A stretch of DNA of 64,000 bases. Source: Klebsiella phage 05F01. A program made the translations under genes and the position numbers. Below the pieces are notes generated by a model. It saw nothing but the letters and a program-made list of their open reading frames with translations, was not told the DNA's origin and searched no databases. Location of the stretch: sequence record LC483177.1. The stretch is one strand, 5' to 3'. Shown here in pieces: positions 9,173 to 16,898 of this stretch. The stretch's first letter is position 1; each line of letters starts with the position of its first letter.

Positions 9173-9556
9173 ATGGAACATAAAGAACATATTAAAAACG
9201 CGGTAGCAGTTCGTGAGTATGTAGTAAACGCGATTGATTGCTCTGGTGATACAACTCAAAAGTTAAATTATTTTTTCAAAAACTTCAAAGCTGAATACGA
9301 TTATGAAGCAAATCGTAAACGTTATGGAAGTTTGACTAACATGGTAAGAGAGTACCTGTTAGGGCTTCCATCTACAATAAGTGTTGAATTCACTTATTTT
9401 GAGATCGAAAAACTTCTTAAAGAGTGGGGCTATATCCATGATAGAACCACTGAAAAACAATATGAAATTGAACTTGATAATTATTGGAAATACCTTGCTG
9501 TTGGGCTTTGCGTGATGGGGCGTAGAGCGGGGATTAAAGGCATTAAAGGTTTATAA
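9173..9556 (+). CDS. hypothetical protein (127 aa)
   Basis: ORF. Confidence 0.5.
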   Translation: MEHKEHIKNAVAVREYVVNAIDCSGDTTQKLNYFFKNFKAEYDYEANRKRYGSLTNMVREYLLGLPSTISVEFTYFEIEKLLKEWGYIHDRTTEKQYEIELDNYWKYLAVGLCVMGRRAGIKGIKGL

Positions 9557-9562
9557 AAGTAG

Positions 9563-9590
9563 TTGACTATTCGTTATGACCTGTTAGAAT
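9563..9590 (+). promoter_or_regulatory. promoter cassette: TTGACT-16nt-TAGAAT, with the palindrome ATGACCTGT...GCAGGTCAT
   Basis: A duplicate of the cassette at 12165. It is followed by AGAGAAAAGAAAC. Confidence 0.55.
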
Positions 9591-9637
9591 GCAGGTCATA
9601 GAGAAAAGAAACTAACCACTAATCGGGAATATAAAAA

Positions 9638-10030
9638 ATGAACGCATCTAACTTTGACTTTTCAAACATCGTTGTAGAATCAACTGAATCATTGAAAGGT
9701 TTTAGAAGAGAAAGCGGATATTATAAGTCACTTTCTTTAGTTGCTTTATATGGTGAAGAAATTCGTTCATTTGCTGAAATACGCTATTATAAGACTAAAG
9801 CTACAAACTCTGTTTGTTTCTGGATTCATTCCCCAATTTTAGGCCTATATGGTCAAGTTGGCGGTAAAGCTGGTGGTTATGGATATAATCGTGCTGAGGC
9901 GGCATTATCACAGGCAGCTAATAAATTTAACATTGCTGTCCCTTCTTGGTGTGATGAAAAAAGATTATTAGAAGAATTTGCAAAATATTTAGGTTTAGAA
10001 GTATATTCTGTTATTGAAACCAACGCATAA
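9638..10030 (+). CDS. hypothetical protein (130 aa)
   Basis: ORF. Confidence 0.5.
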   Translation: MNASNFDFSNIVVESTESLKGFRRESGYYKSLSLVALYGEEIRSFAEIRYYKTKATNSVCFWIHSPILGLYGQVGGKAGGYGYNRAEAALSQAANKFNIAVPSWCDEKRLLEEFAKYLGLEVYSVIETNA

Positions 10031-10048
10031 ATAAAGGAGAAAGTAAAG

Positions 10049-10294
10049 ATGAAAAAAGAAATTAAAAGTAATGTAACGCCGAAAGCTGGTGATTCTGTTT
10101 ATATTGGTTTCATCACTGAAAACGGTGTTTTTCAGAAAGGTAAAGCAATGTTTACATTCGATAAAATCGACGCTGTTTATGCTGAAACCAGCAACAACAA
10201 AAAGGGAGATCTGCTGTATCATGTTCGTGTGAAATCTGGTGATTTCCTTAAAGTTTTGATGACAAGTAAAGGGCATTGGCAAGCGGTAGCATAA
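10049..10294 (+). CDS. hypothetical protein (81 aa)
   Basis: ORF with an AAGGAGAAAG RBS. A terminator follows. Confidence 0.5.
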   Translation: MKKEIKSNVTPKAGDSVYIGFITENGVFQKGKAMFTFDKIDAVYAETSNNKKGDLLYHVRVKSGDFLKVLMTSKGHWQAVA

Positions 10295-10307
10295 AAAATC
10301 TTTAATA

Positions 10308-10335
10308 AAAGCGCCAGTAAAGGCGCTTTTTTATT
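10308..10335 (+). terminator. rho-independent terminator: GCGCC-agtaaa-GGCGC + TTTTTT
   Basis: Hairpin followed by a T-run. Confidence 0.6.
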
Positions 10336-10376
10336 TGGTAGACTGTTATTATCTTTATTCTCTGAGAGTGTAATGT

Positions 10377-10628
10377 ATGTTCTATTTGAAAGTTAACAAT
10401 GTTGTGTTAAGGTATGACACTATAGAGGCGTTATCTCTTGCCAGGTATATTGCCACGTTTCCCGGTTCTGTTATCAAGATCCCCGATGGTTGGAAAGTAT
10501 GGAACCATAGAACCGGAATCAATACATTCATAAGAGAGTTATCAAATGGATACACTTACAATCTGTCACCTTGTAATGATGGGGCTAGCCTCTATCGTTT
10601 ATGTGCTGTTATCTCTGGAGGAGGTTGA
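10377..10628 (+). CDS. hypothetical protein (83 aa)
   Basis: ORF. Confidence 0.4.
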   Translation: MFYLKVNNVVLRYDTIEALSLARYIATFPGSVIKIPDGWKVWNHRTGINTFIRELSNGYTYNLSPCNDGASLYRLCAVISGGG

Positions 10629-10630
10629 CA

Positions 10631-11311
10631 ATGGGTCGTGAATATGTAATTCAATCTTGGGTGAAGCATGATAAAGGGGATCACAGAATCATCCCAGATG
10701 AACTAATAGATCATGCACCTGGTTACAGTGGTGAACAGATTGGAAACCGCAACGCAAAGAGCAATGGCAACACATGGTCACGTGTAGCGCCTGGCTGGTT
10801 ACCTAATGGTAAAGCTGACCTATCAACTGCTGTTGATGTCTCAGAAGAGAGCAAAGGTAATCCCCTGGTCTTGGTAGACAGTGCATATAAAACACTCTTA
10901 GATTATGAGGGTAAAGTTACAGCGCTAAAAAATGCCCTTGCAGCACATAAGATAACTAAAGGTAGTTATGATCAAGCTCTTAAAGTGTTAGATGCCAAGC
11001 TGTACAACGCTGAGAAGCGTTTAGAGAAGCTACTTAATACTATCCCACCAGATGAGGATAAAAGCTCTTATATTGAGTCTGAGGAGGTTTTAGAGGAGGA
11101 TGAATACCCGCTACATTATCCACATGGTGCGGAGAAATTTAAATCAGATTATTTTTATGAAAATTGTATTGTGACTGTTGACGTGCAGAAAGAAAGCTCC
11201 TATGATGTATCACATAGAGAGGCAATAATGCCAATCAACAAAAGAGATAAATCATTATGGCAAATCTTAACATTGTTTTTTATAACAATGCTTCCAACGG
11301 TGAAAGATTGA
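10631..11311 (+). CDS. hypothetical protein
   Basis: Start placed at MGREYV, which has a GGAGGAGG RBS. Confidence 0.5.
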   Translation: MGREYVIQSWVKHDKGDHRIIPDELIDHAPGYSGEQIGNRNAKSNGNTWSRVAPGWLPNGKADLSTAVDVSEESKGNPLVLVDSAYKTLLDYEGKVTALKNALAAHKITKGSYDQALKVLDAKLYNAEKRLEKLLNTIPPDEDKSSYIESEEVLEEDEYPLHYPHGAEKFKSDYFYENCIVTVDVQKESSYDVSHREAIMPINKRDKSLWQILTLFFITMLPTVKD

Positions 11312-11472
11312 TCAGTGTTATGGTGAATGGGTTTAGTGAAATGGATCTCCCTGTTGATGAGTATCTGACAGTGTTTTCTTTCCTTGACTCTTTAGTTGAA
11401 ATGTGTGTCATTACAAATGAACAGAAACAAGAAAAGATTAAACGGATTAAAAAAGTTCTAGATATCGAATAA
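11257..11472 (+). CDS. hypothetical protein (71 aa)
   Basis: Overlaps the 3' end of the previous ORF. Uncertain. Confidence 0.3.
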   Translation: MANLNIVFYNNASNGERLISVMVNGFSEMDLPVDEYLTVFSFLDSLVEMCVITNEQKQEKIKRIKKVLDIE

Positions 11473-11479
11473 AAAGTAG

Positions 11480-11508
11480 TTGACTTTCTGTAATGGCTGT
11501 TAGATAAT
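11480..11508 (+). promoter_or_regulatory. promoter cassette: TTGACT...GATAAT, with the palindrome AATGGCTGT...ACAGCCATT
   Basis: Duplicate of the cassette at 6724. Confidence 0.5.
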
Positions 11509-11543
11509 ACAGCCATTGAAGAGAGAAACTAACAGGTGATAAC

Positions 11544-11690
11544 ATGAAACAATATGTAATGAAGATTCACACTAAAAACGGCGCTACTGTTTCAACTCCT
11601 TTAAGATTTGCAGTAAAAACACGTTGCAATCGCCTTAAAAGAGAGTTATCTTTAAACAAAGATTCTGGATTTAGACGTTGGGGAAAGTGA
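11544..11690 (+). CDS. small hypothetical basic protein (48 aa), not in the ORF track
   Basis: Hand translation gives MKQYVMKIHTKNGATVSTPLRFAVKTRCNRLKRELSLNKDSGFRRWGK. Confidence 0.3.
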   Translation: MKQYVMKIHTKNGATVSTPLRFAVKTRCNRLKRELSLNKDSGFRRWGK

Positions 11691-11692
11691 AG

Positions 11693-12052
11693 ATGAAAAA
11701 ATTAATCATTGCTCTTACTTTAGTTTCATGCTCTTTTAGCTCTATGGCTTCGGATTCTACCTACCCATATTTAAAGGCTAAAGAAGACATTAAAAACTAT
11801 ACATTGGTTGCTTTTCCTGATAAAGAGCCAATTGATACTGCATATTCATTATTAAATATGGTTGATAATGAAATTGGAAAACAGCTTGCAAATAACCAGG
11901 ATTGTAGATACACTAAAGATACAGTAGTTCCTGCCGTGTCATATATTACACGAAAAGAAGATAGCAACAAAGTAATTGAGAATTTGCATAATAAAATGGT
12001 GAAATCTGTTTCTGATTATGTTACTGTTAAGTGTAAGGAGTTAACAGAATGA
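11693..12052 (+). CDS. putative lipoprotein (lipobox LVSC)
   Basis: Signal peptide MKKLIIALTLVSCSF. Confidence 0.5.
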   Translation: MKKLIIALTLVSCSFSSMASDSTYPYLKAKEDIKNYTLVAFPDKEPIDTAYSLLNMVDNEIGKQLANNQDCRYTKDTVVPAVSYITRKEDSNKVIENLHNKMVKSVSDYVTVKCKELTE

Positions 12053-12164
12053 AATTTTTAATTAAAAAAGAAAATAGCTTGACAGTTGGGGTATTAAATG
12101 GTTTAATTTGTTGTATCCCTTTTTACTTTGTTTTATTTATTATCTTTTTAGTTATAAAATGTGC

Positions 12165-12192
12165 TTGACTATTCGTTATGACCTGTTAGAAT
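12165..12192 (+). promoter_or_regulatory. promoter cassette: TTGACT-16nt-TAGAAT, with the palindrome ATGACCTGT...ACAGGTCAT
   Basis: Near-identical copy of the ~60-bp region at 9563. Confidence 0.55.
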
Positions 12193-12238
12193 ACAGGTCA
12201 TAGAGAAAAGAAACCACAACCAACAAAGAGAGATACAA

Positions 12239-12406
12239 ATGAACACTTTCAAAACTCGTGAAATTGCCCGTAACGTTGTTAGTATTGTTAACGCTAAGTG
12301 CATTGCAAAAATGAAAGCTCCAGTAAAAGACCCGGTTTCTGGTGAATGGGTGATTCCTGGATTACGTCATGAAGATGGGAAAGGCACACTGAAAGTGTCC
12401 CGTTAA
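12239..12406 (+). CDS. small hypothetical protein (55 aa), not in the ORF track
   Basis: Hand translation gives MNTFKTREIARNVVSIVNAKCIAKMKAPVKDPVSGEWVIPGLRHEDGKGTLKVSR. It lies downstream of the promoter cassette. Confidence 0.3.
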   Translation: MNTFKTREIARNVVSIVNAKCIAKMKAPVKDPVSGEWVIPGLRHEDGKGTLKVSR

Positions 12407-13076
12407 TAAAAATTACACAATAACATAAACATAAGGTAGAATAAATGCAACACACTAAAACAGTAGAAAAGATCCGCAGTAATAAAAAATTTTCCTGGAA
12501 TGAAGAAGTAGTAAAGAAAGGGGACAAACGCAATAAAACTAAACGTTCACGTGCTGAAAAAGAAATGTGCTACGATTTTTAATGCTGTTAATATAAATAA
12601 ATGGCCTCACGGTCCTTTTTTGTTTTTGTCTTAAAGTAAATACCACAAAACAACTTCACAGAATCGATTCTAAGCGCTTTAAACTCTCACTTAATACCTT
12701 TGCTCACCCTTTAATTAGAACCTCTCATAATAGCTTATAGGAGACATAGCACGCATATAAGTGATCTCCTATAGGATCATGTACACTTTCCTACCGTAAA
12801 AAATCGACTAATAAAATATTAGCGGCGGTCTCCTGATCCATTTTTATTTTTACCTGGGAGGCTGGGAAAATTTTTTCTTAATAGGTGAAAGTGTGGTAAA
12901 AATTTTTTGCCTCATATAAAACTCACTAGCAAAAATTTTTGAGTATATGAAAACTTCTACATGAAAAAATCGAGATCCTAAAACTCAAATCAGAAAAAAT
13001 TTTGCTTGCGCTTTTCCTGGTGTGCTGTATAGTAGTTATCAAGCCGCCACGGTGGGGGCATAAAGAGGATCAAGCA

Positions 13077-13346
13077 ATGACCAATACAGAACTTTTAATG
13101 AAGGCTTTAGGCTGGCAAGGTGGCACCGTTCACCAGGTGGCACAAGTAACTAAGTTAAATGTAATGACAATCTTAAACCTTCATGAAATAAAGATCACTG
13201 ATACATACCAGCTTGCTATGTATAATGGAGGCTACTTATGGCTAGTTAATGGTGGGAGTGAAAAAAACATTGACAAAGATAGTTTAGGGTACCCTCTTTT
13301 TTGGTTGGGTGTGTTGGATGCAATGAAACAAAAGATACCTAGTTAA
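13077..13346 (+). CDS. hypothetical protein
   Basis: The internal ATG (MTNTELLMKALGW...) is preferred over the track's TTG start. Confidence 0.35.
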   Translation: MTNTELLMKALGWQGGTVHQVAQVTKLNVMTILNLHEIKITDTYQLAMYNGGYLWLVNGGSEKNIDKDSLGYPLFWLGVLDAMKQKIPS

Positions 13347-13348
13347 TG

Positions 13349-13378
13349 TTGACAAGCCCCAGGGAATGGGGCTATAAT
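13349..13378 (+). promoter_or_regulatory. strong sigma70-like promoter, TTGACA-18nt-TATAAT, with no downstream ORF
   Basis: Consensus hexamers. The spacer contains the palindrome CCCCA...TGGGG. Confidence 0.55.
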
Positions 13379-13609
13379 CATGGCATACAGAAGAGGACAC
13401 GCCACCCCACGGCGTAAAGGCGGGGCTAACATACCTGGAAAGGTAGCCAGGATGTAAGGTCGATCGCAGGTAGCTCGACTCGAATTTCTTTTGTAAAGAT
13501 TAATTAAAGTGCTTGCGTCCTAGGTTGGTTGTGTTAATATATCTACATGGCGAGGGGTAACGGGAATCGCGAGACAAACACAGAACCTGCGCGTCATCCT
13601 GTAAATGCG

Positions 13610-13622
13610 AATGAGTCTCATT
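13610..13622. promoter_or_regulatory. perfect palindrome AATGAG-T-CTCATT (putative operator)
   Basis: 13-bp palindrome in a non-coding region. Confidence 0.35.
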
Positions 13623-13639
13623 TCGGTCTCTAAATGAGA

Positions 13640-13673
13640 ATGATTATCATTTACAAATAAGAATGATTATCAT
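13640..13673. promoter_or_regulatory. two copies of GAATGATTATCAT (palindrome ATGAT-T-ATCAT) 23 bp apart; operator or Fur-box-like
   Basis: Cores at 13640..13650 and 13663..13673. They differ by one base from the Fur-box core AATGATAATCATT. Confidence 0.4.
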
Positions 13674-13696
13674 CTATGTGTAAGGGGAAATATCAC

Positions 13697-13744
13697 ATTA
13701 TAAATTTAGGTTTTGGTTTTCCTGGAAAAAAACTTTAAATAAAT
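13697..13744 (+). repeat. 45-bp repeat, copy 1: ATTATAAATTTAGGTTTTGGTTTT-n-AACTTTAAATAAAT
   Basis: One of three copies, at 13697, 13820 and 22812. Confidence 0.6.
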
Positions 13745-13819
13745 GGGAAATTTTTGGTTAAATTTTATTCTGTATTTTAACTTTTACTACCACAGTATTA
13801 ATATTTTTAAACAAACCTA

Positions 13820-13867
13820 ATTATAAATTCAGGTTTTGGTTTTAACAGACAGAAAGTTTAAATAATT
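13820..13867 (+). repeat. 45-bp repeat, copy 2
   Basis: ATTATAAATTCAGGTTTTGGTTTT...AGTTTAAATAATT. Confidence 0.6.
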
Positions 13868-13965
13868 TGGTAGAATTACACAGAAATTTTTATCATTATT
13901 TTAAATAATAAATCTTTAATGTAATGCAAACAAAATAAAATAGCTTATAGACATATAAGATATAA

Positions 13966-13982
13966 ATGTTATATTATAACAT
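13966..13982. repeat. perfect palindrome ATGTTATA-T-TATAACAT
   Basis: The same palindrome core recurs at 22861..22875, next to repeat copy 3. Confidence 0.5.
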
Positions 13983-14093
13983 AACAGAGTTTGTCATTTA
14001 TTAAAATGAAATATAAAATGTGGGAGGTGAGTGCTCTTTGTTTTTGGAACACCCCACCCCCTTAATTTTATTTACATATTTTTATAAATATCA

Positions 14094-14612
14094 CTAAATA
14101 TCTTTACTTAAAAAGTAATTAATTAAATCATTGTGCCACTTACCAAGCAGGTTTTGTCCCTTCCAGTTACTAGAGTCCTCTACCCCTTGATCATACATTC
14201 CCATCTTAATGCCATAGATTGCATCGTAAGGGCTAGCCTCTACGAATACCTTGTCTACGTATTTCATCAACTCTGTTTTGAGTTCAGGGTTTTGAGTATA
14301 CTTCATGAACAAACCACGTTTAACAATAACCTCCCGCCAATGCAACCACATTTCTTCCTCATAACCTTTAACTTCTCTTCCCATTCGTTTGTAGTAAGCT
14401 TGATCTTTTTCTCCTACACGTTTACGGCTTCCATTTAGGATTGCTAATGCAGTGTCATAGTCTTTAAACAATGAGGCTTTGCGCCACATCATATATTGTT
14501 CGACACAATCAAAATATTTACATCTCATTTTGTCATAGAATGGTGCAACATACCAGTTACTGAAAACATCTTTATCTGTGAAGAAGAATACATACTTATC
14601 TGTTACTCTCAC
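14094..14612 (-). CDS. NADAR (DUF1768 / YbiA-like) domain protein
   Basis: FFF...FSNWY..PF, EQYMMWRKA, QNPELK and VEASPYDAIYGI match the NADAR signature. Confidence 0.65.
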   Translation of the reverse strand: MRVTDKYVFFFTDKDVFSNWYVAPFYDKMRCKYFDCVEQYMMWRKASLFKDYDTALAILNGSRKRVGEKDQAYYKRMGREVKGYEEEMWLHWREVIVKRGLFMKYTQNPELKTELMKYVDKVFVEASPYDAIYGIKMGMYDQGVEDSSNWKGQNLLGKWHNDLINYFLSKDI

Positions 14613-14962
14613 CAGTAGCCTCCTGTTTTGCTTATATCTATTACACGATCAATATTTTCTTTTATATATTGAAGAATACTCTTTTTTGTAGAAAATTCCC
14701 CATCATAAGAGGAACACTCAAGCCATGCAATTGGGTGAGAATCCACACTACCATCCCAAGTATTAGTTGTTTCTTGATAAATCTCAATAAATATATCATC
14801 TTTTTCTGCTGGATAATACCTCTCAGCATTATAAGATGCGACAATGTCATAATCCCAACAAATTAGGTGTTTTTCTAAAGCTTCTATAAGATCCATTTCT
14901 TCCCAACGTAAAATACCCACTTCAACTTTCATTAATTTTCCTCCATAAATTAAAAGCCCCAT
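14609..14962 (-). CDS. hypothetical protein (117 aa)
   Basis: ORF in the leftward block. Confidence 0.45.
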   Translation of the reverse strand: MGLLIYGGKLMKVEVGILRWEEMDLIEALEKHLICWDYDIVASYNAERYYPAEKDDIFIEIYQETTNTWDGSVDSHPIAWLECSSYDGEFSTKKSILQYIKENIDRVIDISKTGGYW

Positions 14963-14977
14963 AAGGGGCTTGTTCTA

Positions 14978-15481
14978 CTATAGTTTATGAACCTCAAATG
15001 ACATCTCATTTTGAACATAAACACTTCTTTCTTGTTTTACATCTACAGTATGCACATATATAGGCCAGCAAGCAGATGGGAAGGAAATTAAGTCACTTAA
15101 ACCAAATTTAATTAATACATTATGTGGACGTTCTTTTGAAACCTTAACTAACACCTTCTTAAGAAACATGTCAGAAAAATAGGTTAAAATACCCTCTTCA
15201 AAAAATGTGCCATCCTCCCAAGATAATACCTCTGTAATCAGTTTATCATTATAAGGCAAGACAATATCTGCTGTATAAAAATCGAGATTTTCGTCAACAT
15301 ATTCAATGACATCACCTTCATGTAAAAATCGACTTAGCTGTTTATTAAATAAGGTATTTATGGCACAGTTAACATCACCACTCATACCATCTGAGAAATT
15401 TTTGTGTTCATTAAAATTTGTAATCTCATGCTTACTTGCTAAGTAACGCATATTTCCACGTTCAGTCTTTTTAGGTAACAT
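14978..15481 (-). CDS. hypothetical protein (167 aa)
   Basis: ORF. Confidence 0.5.
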   Translation of the reverse strand: MLPKKTERGNMRYLASKHEITNFNEHKNFSDGMSGDVNCAINTLFNKQLSRFLHEGDVIEYVDENLDFYTADIVLPYNDKLITEVLSWEDGTFFEEGILTYFSDMFLKKVLVKVSKERPHNVLIKFGLSDLISFPSACWPIYVHTVDVKQERSVYVQNEMSFEVHKL

Positions 15482-15512
15482 ATTTAAAACTCCTTAATTT
15501 AATAGATTATGA

Positions 15513-15983
15513 TCACCACCAAAGTGATCTGAAAAATTTTCCAAACAGTAAATGACCTTCAGATACTTTCTCCCAATGACTGTCTTCATCTGCACGGTAT
15601 CTATCGTATTCAGATTGATTTGTTGGAGAGATATCAACTTTGCTTAATCCATCTTCCATAGTCTTAGTAGAGTGATTGAAGCTGAAATTATAGTCTTTTA
15701 GGTTAGGTTCATTCTTTAAATTAAAGGCATAGATCATTTTGTCAATTATCTCTAACCACAACTTAGACCCTTCTTCTAACTGTCCATCTGTGTAACTTCC
15801 TTGGTGTTCTGGATAGAGTTCTGATAAAACAAGACTAGGAGTCCCCATCCAACTAATACGGGATGGGTCAGTCACTACTTCTTTAAACTTTGTTAAAGCA
15901 GATAAGATAATTGGACTAAGAGAAGCATCTAAACTCCACGTATCTTTAACACCAAACTGAACACCCTTACGATTCATATACAT
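15513..15983 (-). CDS. hypothetical protein (156 aa)
   Basis: ORF. Confidence 0.5.
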   Translation of the reverse strand: MYMNRKGVQFGVKDTWSLDASLSPIILSALTKFKEVVTDPSRISWMGTPSLVLSELYPEHQGSYTDGQLEEGSKLWLEIIDKMIYAFNLKNEPNLKDYNFSFNHSTKTMEDGLSKVDISPTNQSEYDRYRADEDSHWEKVSEGHLLFGKFFRSLWW

Positions 15984-15998
15984 AAATATACCCCCCTT

Positions 15999-16262
15999 TT
16001 AAAATTCTACTAATTCTTTTGAAAAATGCTTATCCTGAATGTCATTTACACAAACAACTTCAACTAACCCTTTCTTAATCCCTATATTAATGACTCCAAA
16101 GTAATCCCCAAAAAGTACTTCTGGTTCTATTTTGTGTGGAGTGACGACAACCACTTCCTCACCTGCAAGGTATTTTCTCCACACTACCCCACATTTGTGA
16201 ATGAAATCTTGTTGATCCTCTGAAATCAAACTTTTCTTTTTTCTTTCATCTGTATTCAACAT
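15999..16262 (-). CDS. hypothetical protein (87 aa)
   Basis: ORF. Confidence 0.45.
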   Translation of the reverse strand: MLNTDERKKKSLISEDQQDFIHKCGVVWRKYLAGEEVVVVTPHKIEPEVLFGDYFGVINIGIKKGLVEVVCVNDIQDKHFSKELVEF

Positions 16263-16395
16263 GATTAACGGATCCTAGTTACAGATTTAATATCGTGTGA
16301 ATGAAGACCAGTTTTCTCAAGGAAAAGATGAATTGCTACAATCATATCTGTTTCCAAAAAGCTGTGAGTTGTGCCATTGTGTGCGATCACTTCAA

Positions 16396-16686
16396 TCATA
16401 ATAAAACCCTCTTTGTCTCTTTAGGTGAATTATCAAACATTGTGATTATCTTGTCAAGCATTTTTACAATTTCATTCGTTAGGGAATATTCTCTGTAAGA
16501 CTTCAACAAAGTCTTTTCATCTCCCTTTTTATACAACACTTTTATAGGACGATCAACCATCAGGTTATGATTATCATCCTCTTCGAAAGAGGCACTCCAC
16601 TTCTCATCACCACCTACCACCGTTACAATAACCCCATATCCATCTAAAGTTTCAGTAATGTTTTTGGTTGCGTAACTTATTTTCAT
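16396..16686 (-). CDS. hypothetical protein (96 aa)
   Basis: ORF. Confidence 0.45.
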   Translation of the reverse strand: MKISYATKNITETLDGYGVIVTVVGGDEKWSASFEEDDNHNLMVDRPIKVLYKKGDEKTLLKSYREYSLTNEIVKMLDKIITMFDNSPKETKRVLL

Positions 16687-16705
16687 ATCACACCCCTAGC
16701 GTAAA

Positions 16706-16891
16706 CTACTTTATAGGAAAATTTCTATCTGCATAATTAAGGATACAGTTTCTAATATTAGAAAGATATGGGGATAACTCACTAATTTTATTTACGGAAA
16801 CTTCTACCAGTAAAACAAAGAACAGTGGTATTGCAATTACACCACGAAAAACATACTTATTCAGTAAAGTTTTGTTAGTTAACTTCTTCAT
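16706..16891 (-). CDS. small putative membrane protein (61 aa)
   Basis: Single hydrophobic helix, VIAIPLFFVLLVEV. Confidence 0.35.
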   Translation of the reverse strand: MKKLTNKTLLNKYVFRGVIAIPLFFVLLVEVSVNKISELSPYLSNIRNCILNYADRNFPIK

Positions 16892-16898
16892 TATTAGA

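Noticed and set aside
10377-11311. Possible programmed frameshift between 10377..10628 and the overlapping 10601..11311 ORF
   Set aside because: A strong GGAGGAGG RBS plus an ATG at 10631 explains the second gene without frameshifting.
12294-12533. 79-aa minus-strand ORF
   Set aside because: It is antisense to small rightward ORFs downstream of a strong promoter cassette, and it is hydrophobic and low-complexity. The short 12443 ATG ORF on the + strand was hand-translated and terminates after 22 codons, so it was not called either.
13600-13870. CRISPR array considered because of repeated 13-45-bp elements
   Set aside because: There are only 2-3 copies with irregular spacing and internal palindromes and no cas genes. 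They behave like operators or repeats, not CRISPR repeats.
12560-14090. tRNA genes expected for a large phage, searched in the non-coding stretches
   Set aside because: No cloverleaf with a GTTCRANYC T-loop and matching acceptor stem could be found by eye. Cannot be excluded without tRNAscan-SE.
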